A DNA stretch of 64,000 nt from Octopus vulgaris (lineage: Eukaryota): the NCBI GenBank assembly GCA_951406725.2, contig OX597829.1, forward strand, positions 5,766,001-5,830,000. The letters run 5' to 3'. Position numbers and translations under genes: made by a program. Below, piece by piece: positions 30,721 to 47,052 of the stretch. Positions within the stretch are counted from its first letter, which is position 1. Each line of letters opens with the position of its first letter. A model generated the notes under the pieces. That model did not search any database and was not told the DNA's origin. It saw nothing but the letters and a program-made list of their open reading frames with translations.

Positions 30721-31485
30721 TTGAAATGATTTATGCTTTCTCTTCCCTCAAGTTTCTTTAACTATATATATATATATATAAATATAAGATATTAAAAAAA
30801 AATTTATAATACAGTTTATATAAATTGTTTGCATGAAACGTTGTTTAATTATTATCCGCAGATCTATGGAGTAATAACTGCTACGCTTGAAATTTACTTT
30901 TTATCCCACCGTTTGTATCTATCTGTAGTTGTCTTACGGAGACAGGGCTTAAAGAAAACTTATATATAATAGTATATATTGAGCATCTATATTCAAATAT
31001 GCAAAAGGATATAATGCTCTCGTTTAAAACCGGTTTAATTTTGGATTATCTGGTGCGAAGTAAAATGCAGGAAGCAATATTCACTGGAATGTAGTTTATG
31101 AAATTTGCCGCAATATGATTAATATATCAAATAAAACCAGCTTTTAAGAAAATAAAATGTGTAGGTAAAAGAATATGTTAATTTCAGGCGAATTGTATAA
31201 AAGACCGTGAAACACGTCCGTATTTAAAATTTCCGGAGAATACTCCCTACATTTTACACAAACACGGATTCTGAAATTAGATTATAAGCAAAAACATACA
31301 TACATGAATACACGCACACACTCATACACACAAACGCTCAAATACACTTATATGAACTTGAATATACATATACATACATACATTCATTTATCAAAATAAG
31401 CAAATCACCCCATTTTGAATTATATGGATAATACCATACCAAATTCTGGTGTCTTTACCTTAAGTACCATATTCAACTGAATATA

Positions 31486-31554
<69 letters not shown>

Positions 31555-31736
31555 TTCATATATATTCTCTCTCTCACATATATATAATATATATATATAT
31601 ATATAATTATATGTACATATATATATATATATAGAATTATACTTATGTGTCATCATTTTTGTATTTGATTTGCAAAATTCTTGATGTTAATGCGGGTGTT
31701 GAAACAAATCTTAAAAGACCTTTCCTTGACTCAACT

Positions 31737-31807
<71 letters not shown>

Positions 31808-31808
<1 letters not shown>

Positions 31809-32130
31809 GGGCGCACTCCGTCGGTTAAGACGTCGAGGGTCCCGGTTCATATGATCAACGGAACAGCTTGCTCGCGAAATTAACGTACAGGTGACTTAGC
31901 ACTCCACATACACGTGTACCCTTAGCGTAGTTGGTTCTCCGAGAGATTCAGTGTGACACAAAGTGTGACGAAGGTTGGCCTTTTGAAAATACAGGTACCA
32001 CCCATTTTTGCCAGCTGAGTGGACTGGAGCAATGTGAAATAAAGTGTCTTGCTCAAGGACACAATGCGAGAATTGAATTCATGACCATATGTCCGTGAGC
32101 AGAATGCCCTAACCACTAAGCCACGCGCCT
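31808..32130 (-). mobile_element. tRNA-derived SINE family C
   Basis: Minus strand begins GGCGCGTGGCTTAGTGGTTAG (A box) ... AATTCAATTC (decayed B box), followed by the gtgtccttgagcaagacacttt...ctccagtccactcagctg central domain. Confidence 0.85.
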
Positions 32131-32250
32131 TTCTCTCTCTCTCTGTATATATATATACACACACACTCATACATACATATACATGCATATGTATGTGTGT
32201 ATATATATGTGAGTGTGTACGTGTATTCATATACTTACATGCATATATAT

Positions 32251-32283
<33 letters not shown>

Positions 32284-32291
32284 GACACACA

Positions 32292-32353
<62 letters not shown>

Positions 32354-32933
32354 TTAATGAATGAATGAATGAATGTATGAATCGGTGTATTGAAGAGTGT
32401 CAATGACCAGATCAAGTATTAGGTGACCTCAAGACGCTATAATGTTATCACAAAATGAAAACAAAAATGTTTACACGCGTATACATTATTCCGTCAATGT
32501 ATATTTCAAGTAATTTTCAGATTTGTTAGCTTTTTGTTCTTTATGATCCTATACATCTGAGGCCCGCCCTATCAGATGAGAATAATATATTTTGATGTAT
32601 CATACGTTCTTTTTTTTTTTTTATATTTATTAATATATCTGTACATTTGTTAAACCAATAGACATAGCGACTGTTAAATATATACAACCGTTGCCGAACA
32701 TATATTTAAACAAAATGTACGTCCATTATGATTCAGCGCATAAATGTGTCAAAAAGTTTTATATACGGATGTGCTATTCATTTAATCTCGTACTGGATTA
32801 AGTTGTAGGACTTAATCCAGAACTAGATTATATTGATTCAAATGTATTTGGATGCTTAACTACGCATATTTTAATTAGCTCTATGTCTCCCTTTAGCTAT
32901 CGACTACTAACTTATTAACGTTTTGTACACAGT

Positions 32934-32993
<60 letters not shown>

Positions 32994-33018
32994 CATATAT
33001 GTACATATATATATATAC

Positions 33019-33114
<96 letters not shown>

Positions 33115-33290
33115 CTGTATGTGTATGTGTGTGTGTTTTTGTTTATATATTTTACGCGCTTGGTCGAACTTACACAGAAGCACACGTATGCATATATGTA
33201 TACCAATTTTACATATATGAGTTTGTATGTATATGATTCTATACATGTGAAAACACACACACACACATATGCTTGTATGAATACACACAT

Positions 33291-33321
<31 letters not shown>

Positions 33322-33576
33322 CATATATATATGCAAATGTATACCACATATGTGCATATATATATATAATTACATGTAGATATACATATTGCATGTACAG
33401 CATACACACACTCATAATGTGTTAAATTTTGAGAAAATGAGTAGTTAGTTGAATATACCCTGGTTAAACGTTTACTCCATTCTCCTTATTTGTCGTGTGT
33501 GTGTGTTGTGTGTGTGTCTGTATCCGTCTCTGTAGGAGTGCGCGTTTGGTCTTGTATGTAAATATATGCCTATATA

Positions 33577-33616
<40 letters not shown>

Positions 33617-33623
33617 GTGTGTG

Positions 33624-33662
<39 letters not shown>

Positions 33663-33815
33663 TCACATTTACATAATGGAAAATTATACAATGCAAAACA
33701 TGTTTGAGTATGGTTGATGTACATTCACAGCTGCGTTACAATAAGGGAACTTAGCGGGCAGCATCTAATGCGAGGATCGAAACAAGAAGGCACAGAATAC
33801 ACTTCACCTGCTACA

Positions 33816-33900
<85 letters not shown>

Positions 33901-33919
33901 GATGATAATAATAATAATG

Positions 33920-33979
<60 letters not shown>

Positions 33980-33989
33980 GTAATAATCC

Positions 33990-34112
33990 ATACGATAACC
34001 ATCAGAGCATCACAACAAATCACAGCACATACCCAAGGCACATAGAGCTACGCTCGGTAGTGAAGTGAAAGCATGTTATAAAAATAAAACTACTGAATAA
34101 TAATAATAATAA
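33990..34112 (+). mobile_element. Probable LINE 3' end (R4/Dong-like) in (TAA)n
   Basis: Short unique segment embedded in TAA tracts and ending aaataaaactactgaataataat; same context as 61700-61890. Confidence 0.45.
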
Positions 34113-34400
34113 TGAGTGTGGAAATTTATACATCTCTTTTATTTTACAGTTGCACACAGCATATAACAATGACCTACACGTGGTTTCACTGCAGCGACAG
34201 TGCATTGTTGCAGATGCAACCTTACAATATCGTCACTGCTTCTGTCAGGAGGGTCCCACGGGTGAACCGGTAACTAAAACATTAGGGATTCACTGTAAGC
34301 ACTGGTATTGCATAATGACCGTTGTGGTTAGCCGGTATCTGGAAACAAAGAGAGAGAGAGCAAACACGATATCCGCTTGGATAATACATTCCTACAAACT

Positions 34401-34431
<31 letters not shown>

Positions 34432-34629
34432 GTGTGTGTGTGCGTGTGTGTGTGTATACATGCATGTGTGAATGTGCAGGCATGTGTGTGTGTGTGCTTG
34501 TTTATAAAATGATTAATATATAAAATAAATGCTGATTGTAGTTACTGCTATCAGTCACTCTCACTGTGCAAATTTATGCGTGTGCTTCGGTAAAACTCAC
34601 ACAGGCACCTTGTTTGTTCATACATATAT

Positions 34630-34667
<38 letters not shown>

Positions 34668-34857
34668 TATATATATATATATCAATATATATATATATAC
34701 TCAAAATAAGCAACAAGAATGAATACCGGATCCATTCTTGTTGCTTGTTTTTTATTATAATCACCCCGCATATTTTTATGGGTAACACCATAAAAAAAAT
34801 TCTGGTGCATCTAAATTAAGTACCATATTCATTTGAATCTAAATTGTTTGCTGAACT

Positions 34858-34894
<37 letters not shown>

Positions 34895-34927
34895 GTATTT
34901 ATATATACATATGTAAATATATACATA

Positions 34928-34985
<58 letters not shown>

Positions 34986-35359
34986 ATCATATGTGTGTTT
35001 ATACCTAAACACGTACAAACACATGCACGAATATCCTCAGAGTGAGAGAGATTGATAGAGATATATCCGGCGTGCATAGATTTTTGTATTAATAATGTTT
35101 ATCAATGCACCAGTATACATACGATGATGTTTATGTATATGATATATATATATATATAAGTATATATACATGTATATATATATGTGAGTATATATATATA
35201 TATAATTATATATACATGCATAACCGCTTAAATACGTTATATCTGTAGTTACACACAAGCAAATACACATGCTGAAATACCCGTACATCATAAGCACATG
35301 TATAAATGCATATATATGCTATACCTATGTATGCACATTTATATAAATATATACAGATA

Positions 35360-35445
<86 letters not shown>

Positions 35446-35999
35446 TGTCATTTCAAATATATGAAAACAGGCAACATGAAGATGTGGACAATAAACGTAT
35501 TAACTTGACGCTATTTTAGTCTTTTACATAGTTTAGTCATTTGTCAATTCAGGGTTTTGTTATCGAACTAATCGATCCCAGGATATAATCTTTGTAAGCC
35601 TAGTACTTATTCTATCGGAATCATTTGCCGAACCTCTAATTCATGTATGAATACATGTATATTCATACATATCGGTTCTTCTTAGCAATATGTAATGTCC
35701 AATACCCAGACGGGCAAATTCTAGTATTGGAGATTTGGTATTTATTAATTGACAGCAAGCCACAAATATCATAGTTAAAATTGGTCCTTTGACCTGTGAG
35801 ATCGGGTAATTACGCAGTTTTCTTAGGCATTAAGATGCGCTGCATACATACACATATTCATTTATACATACAAATACATATATCTTTTCCTCAGTTTTCG
35901 TATACTGATTCTACTCACAAGAAATTGTTGAGTCTGAGTTTAAAATATGGGATCTATGTCTTTCTAAATCTCATTCTTTATGCATGTATAGATACAAAA

Positions 36000-36430
36000 T
36001 CTACCAATATGAGAGAAAAACTTGTATCTCTAAAAAGACCACGATGTTGATTTTCTATCATCATATGGTATATTCTACGAGAAATAATTTCGCTTATAAA
36101 TTGTACAAAAAAGGTAATTGAAGCATACACGAAAATACATCGTATTCAAAAACAAAAATGTCATCGAATTATGTAGATACTGGGTGTGAATTTTCACGAA
36201 ATACCACTATGTCGACAAATTCCTATATAAATTTTGAAGTTTTGCAACCCAAACAGATATGTATCAGACTAATGGGTACTCTTTCTTTAATCGGTTACCT
36301 TGTCTCTTGGTTCTCTTCATGTTTAATACGAAATTCTGACAATTTACACTACAGACGCATTACACTTTTGGATGCCACCTCTTCATTTTCTAGCTTCATT
36401 AAAAGATTCTACTGGTATTTAATCTGTTTC
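36000..36430 (-). mobile_element. Highly decayed LINE RT-like fragment
   Basis: Minus strand gives RVPISL.. (compare RT NYRPISL) and a downstream INIVVFLE-like segment; many stops. Confidence 0.3.
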
Positions 36431-36971
36431 TTCACTTTCATTTTCATTAGTTGTAAACACATGTCATTTCACATTCTACAAGATGTCTTTAACTATGAAT
36501 ATTTATAATCATAGGACCATGAAATTTTACAACTTAGAGGTCACATATAAAACAGAAAAGGCAATGAAGATGTAATTGAAACAATTCACGTATATTTCTA
36601 CACAAGTAAATTGCCTCATATTCAGTATATGAAATATGATAGGGAAAATTTATATTCCTTATTAGTCGATTTATGTCCGACAGGAAATAATTTTAGAGCT
36701 CACTAAATACAAAGCTGGTTATTGGCGCATGATGCAATAAAATAAATAAATACATACATACGAAGAAAGATGCTTAAGTGTTTATATATTTGTATAATTC
36801 TAAAATTCATATACATATACATACAAGCACATGAGTATGTATAACATGAAAATTACAACTAAATTACAACAGGTATACACAGCCCATTGTCTGTATTATA
36901 GTGCATTGTTGTACCATTCAAAATTTTTTATTCTTTACAAACAATACACAGTGCTTCAAGCGAACTATATA

Positions 36972-37011
<40 letters not shown>

Positions 37012-37231
37012 TATATTAATAAATAAAACATATGCATATATATATACATATATGTACGCACCTACCTCTACATGTATATATACACGCATATATGAGTACA
37101 GGACACCAAAAAAACTAAGTAAGATTGTTCTTTATATATATATTCTTATATATATAGTTTTATACACACACACACACACACGCAAACACACACACGCGCA
37201 CATATATATATATATAACATATATACTTATA

Positions 37232-37310
37232 TCGCGACCTGGTGGTTACCGCCCGTTGATGAGGGACAAAAATCCCGAAACTAGTCCGAGCGTATCACTC
37301 AGGCTTGCGA
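37232..37310 (+). ncRNA. Type I minimal hammerhead ribozyme (C3U core variant)
   Basis: TTGATGA 37256-62; stem II GGGA/TCCC; GAAA 37277-80; palindrome ACTAGT; GUC ending at 37286; extended stem I TCGCGA-CCT-GGTGGT..CGCCCG / CGAGCG-TATCACT-C-AGG-C-TTGCGA. Confidence 0.8.
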
Positions 37311-37722
37311 GAAAGGGATGGCCTCACTTTGCAAAAATGGCGGTGCCCCAGCATGGCCACACCTCGTGAGCTGAAACTAGATAAAAGATAAAAGATAACA
37401 GATTATATATGTGTGTGTGAGTGTGTGTGTTTATGAACATGTAGATACCTATAAAATATAAATAGGCATATTCCAGATCACGCAATTACACACACACGCC
37501 CACACATACACACACACACACACGCGTGCACAAACACATATCTATATATATATATATATATAGCCTTATATATGCCTACGCACAGAGCCGAATGTTTACC
37601 TGTGGTATCTTATTTTCTTTAATCTATTCAACACGGATATACAGAAACCAACATCAGTTGAGGAGCAGAGGAGTCATGGATACAAACGCAGATACAAAGA
37701 CACACCCACATATATAAGTACT

Positions 37723-37758
<36 letters not shown>

Positions 37759-37759
<1 letters not shown>

Positions 37760-37883
37760 GCGCAGGAGTGGTTGTGCGGTAAATGGCTCGCTTCCCAATC
37801 ACTTGGTTCTGTGTTTAGTCCTACTGAATAGCTTCTTGGGCAAGTGCCTTATACACACACACACACACACACATACATATGTA

Positions 37884-37914
<31 letters not shown>

Positions 37915-38120
37915 ATTTGTGTGTCTGTGTTTGTCATCCCGCCATCGCTTGATAACCGATGCTGGTGTGTTTACGTCCCCGTAACTTATCGGTTCAGCAA
38001 TACAGAGAGAATAAGTACTAGACTTGCAAGTAATAAGCCCTGGGTTCGATTTGTTCGACGAAAGGAGGTGCTCCAGCATGGCTGCACTCAAATGACTGAA
38101 ACAAGTAAAAGAGTAAAAGA
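37759..38120 (+). mobile_element. SINE family A (internal deletion)
   Basis: ggcgcaggagtggttgtgcggtaa head; 3' half and GTAAAAGA tail intact. Confidence 0.88.
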
Positions 38121-38133
38121 ATAAGTATATATT

Positions 38134-38180
<47 letters not shown>

Positions 38181-38260
38181 ATATCTATATATATGTATAT
38201 ATATATATGTATTATGTATATGTATTTATATATATGTATATAATATGTATTATGTATATG

Positions 38261-38306
<46 letters not shown>

Positions 38307-38994
38307 TTGTCTGCAATACATATGTGCATAACATATTCTAATATAGACATATTTATATATACACACACTATATGCACACACACACACACACACACATATA
38401 TACGTATATATATGTTTCTATATTATTACGGAAATTTATATCTTTGATCTGTCACACGATTCACTCTTTAGACTCCGACCCATGCCGGGCCACTATCTAG
38501 AAGAATGTTTAGTTAAATGTAGCAACCCCACGATTTATTATTTTCCTTCTGTAAGCCAGGTAGTTTTGATATCCGTCTCTTTTGCCAGAGATACTGACAC
38601 ACTCCCTACATTTTACCACACACCCAAGCCTGCGCCTAAATGCATACATACATAAAGACATCAAGCCATCTATCCATACATATATTGACATACATGCATA
38701 CACAGACACACATACAACATACATACATACATACATACATACATACATACATACATACATACATACACACACACATACATACATACATACATACATACAT
38801 ACATACATACATACACACATACATGCATGCATACATACATACATATATATATACATATTCATACTTATATATATATTATATATATACGTATATATACAAA
38901 TATATATACATACACATATATATGTGTATGTATATATAAACGTATACATGTATTATTTTTATGTTATACACACACACACACATACACGCATATA

Positions 38995-39035
<41 letters not shown>

Positions 39036-39335
39036 TTATATATACATACATACATACATACATACATATGTATGTATGTATGCACACAGAAGCGTATGTA
39101 TATAGATACATACAGGTGCATACATATATTTGTGAATATATTATATCTACATATAAATGCATATATGAAAGTATATATACATGCGCTGTGTGTGTGTGTG
39201 AATGAGTGTAGATTATGACACATATGTTATTCGCGGAACAAAACAATATACTCTCTTATACGATATCCCTCTCTTGAAATACGTTAAAAATATTTGTTCA
39301 TCGAATGTAAGGTTCTACACACACGGACACACACA

Positions 39336-39395
<60 letters not shown>

Positions 39396-39960
39396 TACAT
39401 GTTTACTCTGACTTACGTCTTTTGTTTCTAGTAAATATAGACAAGTTTTAGTCATGTAATATTAGAGCTTTATATTCTCTTACATGATATATCGAATTCA
39501 CTCATGTTTTCATACGAACGCGTGTAGCTCATACGTACACGTAAACGTTCTTACACTCATGTGTGTATGTGTGTTCGTGTGCGTGTATGCTTGTGTAATA
39601 AACCAAACATCGATGACTAAATGCTTCATAATAGGAAATACATACTGTCATTAACGTTGCATTGGTAAATAAATTAATACCATTAATTCCTCTCTCTCCC
39701 CACCTCTCTCTCTTTCTATCTATAAATATAAATCTATGTATATATATATATATATATACATATGTAATATGTGTGTATTTATGTATGTATGCAGGTATAT
39801 GCGCATATATATATATATATACACACACACACATACATATGTGTATTTCGCCGAAATTGCGAGGATGATCCGGTTCTTGACTGAAGATTGAAGGCTTCGA
39901 ATGTCTCGTCCGTGTTTTTTGTATCGTCTTCTAAATGTTTTGCGTTCTTGTGTCAGTTTG

Positions 39961-39994
<34 letters not shown>

Positions 39995-40003
39995 TATACC
40001 TAC

Positions 40004-40041
<38 letters not shown>

Positions 40042-40181
40042 TTTTAGTATGAGTTCATATATATATACATATATATAGTTAGATACATAGATCGGTAGAT
40101 CGATAGATAGATAGAAAGAAAGATAGAATCTTTTTACACGTATTTGTCTAAATTTTCTATTATATATATATATATTTATAG

Positions 40182-40231
<50 letters not shown>

Positions 40232-40519
40232 TGTTATGAATATCCACGCTTAAGCAGAAGAAATTTTCCTTTAGACGACAGTCAATTGGTATATATATTA
40301 TATATGTGTGAGTGTGCCTGCGTGTATGTATACACACATATATATGCATATAAATATAAATATACTGTATATCATACATACGCATATTTGTTTATATACA
40401 CACACACACACACACATATATGTATGTATGTATGTATCTATCTATCTATCTATATATGTATATATATATATATATATCTGTATGTGTGTATATATATATA
40501 TATACATAAAGGCACACAT

Positions 40520-40680
40520 ACACATACGTACATACATGCATACATACATACATACATACATACATACATACATACATGCATACATACATACATGCATACA
40601 TACATACATACATACATACATACATGCATGCATACATACATACATACATACATACATACATACATACATACATACATACA

Positions 40681-40714
<34 letters not shown>

Positions 40715-40950
40715 CATACATACATACATACATACATACATACATACATACATACATACATACATACATACATACATACATACATACATACATACATACA
40801 TACATACATACATACATACATACATACATACATACATACATACATACATACATACATACATACATACATACATACATACATACATACATACATACATACA
40901 TACATACATACATGCATACATACATACATACATACATACATGCATACATA
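40520..40950. repeat. (CATA)n microsatellite
   Basis: Visible tandem repeat. Confidence 0.98.
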
Positions 40951-41364
40951 TACATATGTTTGTGTGTGTGCAGATATGTGTGCCTTTATATGTAGATATG
41001 GGAAGTTGATTTTGTGATGTTGTGAGGTGTAACTCGGTGCAACTCAACGGGATCCTGCTCTGCAGTATATTGGTAAAAGTGTCTTAGAATATTGTCTCTG
41101 CTCTACGAATAATTTTTGACAGAAAGTTGACATGGTGTTTGAAAAATAGTTCACATTTTTGTATAGATCCGCGCACATACACACACATACACACACACAC
41201 ACACATGCACAGGCATACACAAACTGATACACATATGTATATACACACAGACATGCATTCACACACATACACACATACATTTATACAAATCCTATTATCG
41301 TTGTACATAGTACAGACAAGTATTTATGAGATGTATGCATAAAGCATGTACGTATACAGATTTG

Positions 41365-41395
<31 letters not shown>

Positions 41396-41519
41396 TTATA
41401 CACACACAGGCGTACATTCATATACACAGGGGTACAATATTACAATATTGGTTAAATATTGTCCCATATGTGTTCTCGCTTTTACATTTGCTTTTCTTGA
41501 ATAGCTTCAAACACCATTG

Positions 41520-41552
<33 letters not shown>

Positions 41553-41719
41553 CATATGGATAGATAGATAGATACTTACATATAAGAAAGAGGGTATGTA
41601 CGCCGCTATATATATATATATATAGGTAAACGTTAAAAAAACACAAACTGGGACAAGAACGTGAAACATTTTGAAGACGACAAAAAACACATATATATAC
41701 ATACACTAAATACATATAT

Positions 41720-41785
<66 letters not shown>

Positions 41786-41904
41786 GTCAGTGTATGTCTT
41801 TATACATACGAGTCTATATACATAGTACATAGTTAGATATATATCTTGACTGTTAGAAAATCCAGCATTAGAAATAGATAGCTATTCAATTGTTGGTCGA
41901 ACAG

Positions 41905-42150
41905 AATATCATGCTGGCGGACTAACTCATTTTCTTCACTGGTCTACCTCTAGATATTTCGAAGTTAGAATCCAAGTGATTCATTCTGTGACAAATTTGA
42001 ATCCATTGAATTATATCTGCAATCCATCTGATCTGCTTCTTTACAGTTCCTGTGAATGCCTTTGCACTAACTGTAGTGTATGATATTCTTGCAAGAAATT
42101 TTGAAACGGTATCGAAACATGACCTGGTGTTTGCGATCATCCTATTATGA
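41905..42150 (-). mobile_element. RTE-like LINE C-terminal fragment (decayed)
   Basis: Minus ORF ...KFLARISYT...KKQIRW...RMNH...RGRP resembles the post-RT region of RTE-clade LINEs. Confidence 0.5.
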
Positions 42151-42334
42151 TGTTGCAACGTTTAATATGCATACATGCATGCTTATATGAGCACACTTAC
42201 GCGCGCGCACACACACACACCCACACACCCACACACCCACACCCACACACACACACACCTAGAAATATGAAAATGAAACAAAAACGCAATTCGGACAGTA
42301 GGCGATACAAAGGTGGACAAGATAAACAACAATT

Positions 42335-42745
<411 letters not shown>

Positions 42746-42954
42746 AGAGATATCCATCTATCTACTATGGTATCTCTTAGATGCCCTATATATATATATA
42801 TATATATAAATAATTATTACCTGAAGAGATACCATCACTACTGGTGGTATCTCTTAGATGCTCTAAATTATAATTTAAATATCGATCTTACCTTTGAAAG
42901 GTTTTTATCACTAACTGGCCACATGATAATATCGGTATATATATATATCGATCT

Positions 42955-42994
<40 letters not shown>

Positions 42995-43313
42995 ATAGAT
43001 ATATATATAATATAAATGGGTATCAAATGAATTGATACCTGTATATCTTGTTACTATATATTTTGTTCACCTACCCTGGGATGTTAACGTCGGAAATATT
43101 ATAGAATGTATTTTTATGTAAAGTACATTTCTGAACATCTAAGGGGGGATCTCTTCACTAAGTTAGATTTTGCTATATAGATATATACTGCAAGAACATC
43201 AAGTGCAAACACTTCTGCACAGAGTTCGATATTCACCTGATGCTGTTTTGGGCGCGCACATTAGATCGAACTAATAAGGTACCTCAATTCAAGTACCTAA
43301 TTCAACTGAATTT

Positions 43314-43356
<43 letters not shown>

Positions 43357-43440
43357 CATACACATATATATACATACATACATACATACATATATATCCA
43401 CACACACGCACACATACACACACACACATATACATATATA

Positions 43441-43770
43441 TATTGTTGGTGTTCACTTGTTTCAGTTTTATTTCATATTCATTGCATCTCAGCCGACAGC
43501 TGTTTCGTCACACTCCTGCAACCTCATCTATGCCCTTTTCCTTTCGTTTTTTCGTCTTTTTTTCTGTCTCTCCTTGCTAATGATCTTCCAAATACAAAAT
43601 GGCAGATCGTTAGGAAGGAGAGACACACACAAATAAATAAATAAATAGATAATGAAAGAAAGAAGAAAGTGAAGGACCACTGATGAGGTTACAGAAGTGT
43701 GACGAAAGAACTCTGGCCGAAATACAAATAATATGAAATAAAACTGAAGCAAGTGAACACCAAATATATA
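43441..43770. repeat. Old inverted repeat with a decayed hammerhead on each arm
   Basis: Outer ends ttggtgttcacttgtttcagttttatttcatatt and aatatgaaataaaactgaagcaagtgaacaccaa are complementary; centre near 43595. Left arm (-): TAGATGAGGTTGC..GTGACGAAACAGCTGTC. Right arm (+): CTGATGAGGTTAC..GTGACGAAA. Confidence 0.8.
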
Positions 43771-43914
43771 GTGCGTGTCTTTTTATTGTCTAAATTGGCA
43801 ACATGTCCATCCCCCAAAACAACAGTATCTGTTTCAACACACGAATTCAAATCAAGAATCTTACAAAACGTATATATATATATATATATATATATGCATA
43901 GAATAACAAATATT

Positions 43915-44190
43915 TGTATGTCAAGCGGAACATATTCTCGAGTTATAAAAATGATCTGCTTCAGAAGAATATGTCAGTATCACCAAGAAGCAATAGAGCA
44001 CAGCTCCATATGGAAAGGGGAGACAATCTCAATAGTAAAGATTTGTCCAATTTTGAGGAAATTGTTTCTTCCCCAATAGGTTTCTTCAGCGGTTCATTTG
44101 TCCCGTCATGTCTAAAGTAGCGTAGGCATAATGACTTAAACAAACAATACAACATATTTATATGGCCTTCGCAATTTGCATAAATGAAAG
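43915..44190 (-). mobile_element. Possible decayed DNA-transposase fragment
   Basis: Minus translation LCLRYFRHDGTNEP..PIG recalls the ELPLRHLF..LDG.T.GP..GPIG motif of hAT-related transposase-like proteins; from memory only. Confidence 0.3.
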
Positions 44191-44251
44191 AAACCCAATG
44201 CTCATTTTAGCTTTTGTTTAACTAACATATATATGTATATGTATGTATATG

Positions 44252-44308
<57 letters not shown>

Positions 44309-44507
44309 CAATCATACATACACATATAATGCATATATACACATATGTACATTTATATATATATATCTATACACACATATATACATACATAGAGATACAC
44401 ATATGCAAAATATATTTGTGTACATATGTACATAACATACATTTAAATATATGTGTGTGTGTGTTTGTGTGTGCATGCGTGTGGGAGAGAAAGAAAGAAA
44501 GGAGAGC

Positions 44508-44563
<56 letters not shown>

Positions 44564-45253
44564 CGGTTCCCAATTGTATATATTTATTGAGGTTGTTTGT
44601 TATTTTCCTACTTTGTAATATATTTAATATTTTATGTTAAATTGCTAAATGTATACTGAGTTGCAATAAGTTGAAAATAACTCTTGAATTTGTGAGTCTA
44701 CGTAGATTTTGCTTTTTTATATTTCATACAAACTATTGTATAAATGTTTATTAATTTTGATTATGTTATTAATTTGTTTATAATGTTTTTGGGTATCAAA
44801 GAATTTTGTTAATCATCTACGATCTTTTCACTGATACTCTACTCAATGTATTTCAGATACTCTGAAGTGGGTTATCAGTGACCAGGTCGTAGATGTTCGA
44901 AGTAAGATTTTTATACTTAATAATATATGTACAATTATTGTGTTATAATTACAAATGCGTAATTAAGTAAACTGAATATGACGTTGTTTGTCCGTTTCTA
45001 AACGTTTGCAAGGATTCTGCAGTTAAATTATATAATATGCGCACGACTGCACATAAACGTACGCATATATGCACAAACAAATCATACACATACACGTGTT
45101 TGCCTATAGAAATTGTATATGTATTTATATACACACGTAGTTGCATGAACGCACGCACACACATAGATACGCACACAGATATATGCATACATACGCACAC
45201 ACATATACCTACATACATAAATACACTCATATATTTATACACATATAATGCAA

Positions 45254-45298
<45 letters not shown>

Positions 45299-45343
45299 TA
45301 GATAGATAGATAGATATGCATACGTACACACCCACATTCATGC

Positions 45344-45402
<59 letters not shown>

Positions 45403-46592
45403 CATGCTTACGCACATACATAAATGTGTGTGTGTGTATGCATAATTTGTTAAATTTGTTAGATTTCGACAATGTAAATATATTATATATTATAAATAAC
45501 GCATGGATGTGTGTATGTATGTGTACGTATGCATTTGTGGTATTAATTAATCCAAAATTATGTTATAAAGATCTAAATAGCGGCCACGCTGCTTATTTCT
45601 AGATCTAAGAACCAGCGTACACGTATACACTTACGCGTGCACACACGCGCGCAAAGCATTTTTGCATGTTTTAATAAGTGTTACAAAGGAAACGATTGAT
45701 ACTGACTTCAAAGCTATAAAATAAGATCACTACTAAAAAGTATTTAATGTTAATGAATTGATGCTAATAAATTATATATATATATATCTAATGTTAATTA
45801 GTAATATGTCTGTGTGTGTCTCTCTCTCTATATATATATATATGATTGTGTGTATGCGCCAAACATTATTGTACATGCACATACAAATGTACCTAGCAAT
45901 CTTTCGGTATCTGTCTGAGTATGTATGCTTAGAAAACCATACAATGCCTGGAGCTGTATTTATATATTTACTTAACCATTTGGCATCGATCGGACTAATG
46001 GCCTTTTCGCGGCCTTCATTTTATTTTAATTACCTCAGCTTATTGTAAATTATTTTACATGCCTATACAAATATGTATATTATTCATTATACCAAAGAAT
46101 TCAATATTTAAAAATCAGTGCAGATGAAGAAAAACAGTTCCTCAGATCTCTAGAACCTCATGGATGAAGACTTAGCGTGACCATGATATTCTTGTGATCT
46201 GATGAGCTACCTTTTTCTATCGGCACTCATTTCTAAATATACAATTGCATTTCACAACGCATACGAAGCATATTGGTGCTGGTATGTAAAGTAGTTAATT
46301 TCATACTCAAATTGTTGTTATTTGATGAAAAATACAAAACAGCAGCAATCTTAACAATGAGAAATATTTAAAAAGAAATATTCACTTCATACGACTTCAC
46401 ATTTTCGGCTTATATACTCTTCATGAAATAATTTCCATGGAAAGATCTACATTTCAGCAGCCGAGAACCCTGTATTATAATTCATGTGGTATTATAGTTT
46501 GCTAGCTGGCTCCATGATAACCACATGATTGTATGAATCTATAAGTTGCACTACAATTCATATATGTGTGTGTGTGTGTATACATGCACACA

Positions 46593-46687
<95 letters not shown>

Positions 46688-46987
46688 ATAAATATGTATA
46701 TATAAATATGAATATTGTTATTTCAATAAAGCGTACATTATATATAAAGCACATTATTTATCTCACTATATATTTACGTCTCAGTATATGTTCTTATGAT
46801 TATTTTGTGTATAAACTTATATATCGCATACAAATATATATATGTAAATGTATATATAAATGTATATACATACATACATACATATACACACAGAGGAGTA
46901 TATATATATATATATATATATATATGCTCGTATACGTATGTACATATATAATATACATACATACATACATATATATACATATATATA

Positions 46988-47052
<65 letters not shown>

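Noticed and set aside
32793-32820. 11 bp perfect hairpin CTGGATTAAGT/ACTTAATCCAG
   Set aside because: Too short to assign; no Helitron CTRR terminus at the usual spacing could be established.
34190-34240. GTGCATTGT resembling the miR-33 5' end within a hairpin
   Set aside because: Only 9 nt match; the putative mature arm folds on itself and lacks a ~22 nt duplex.
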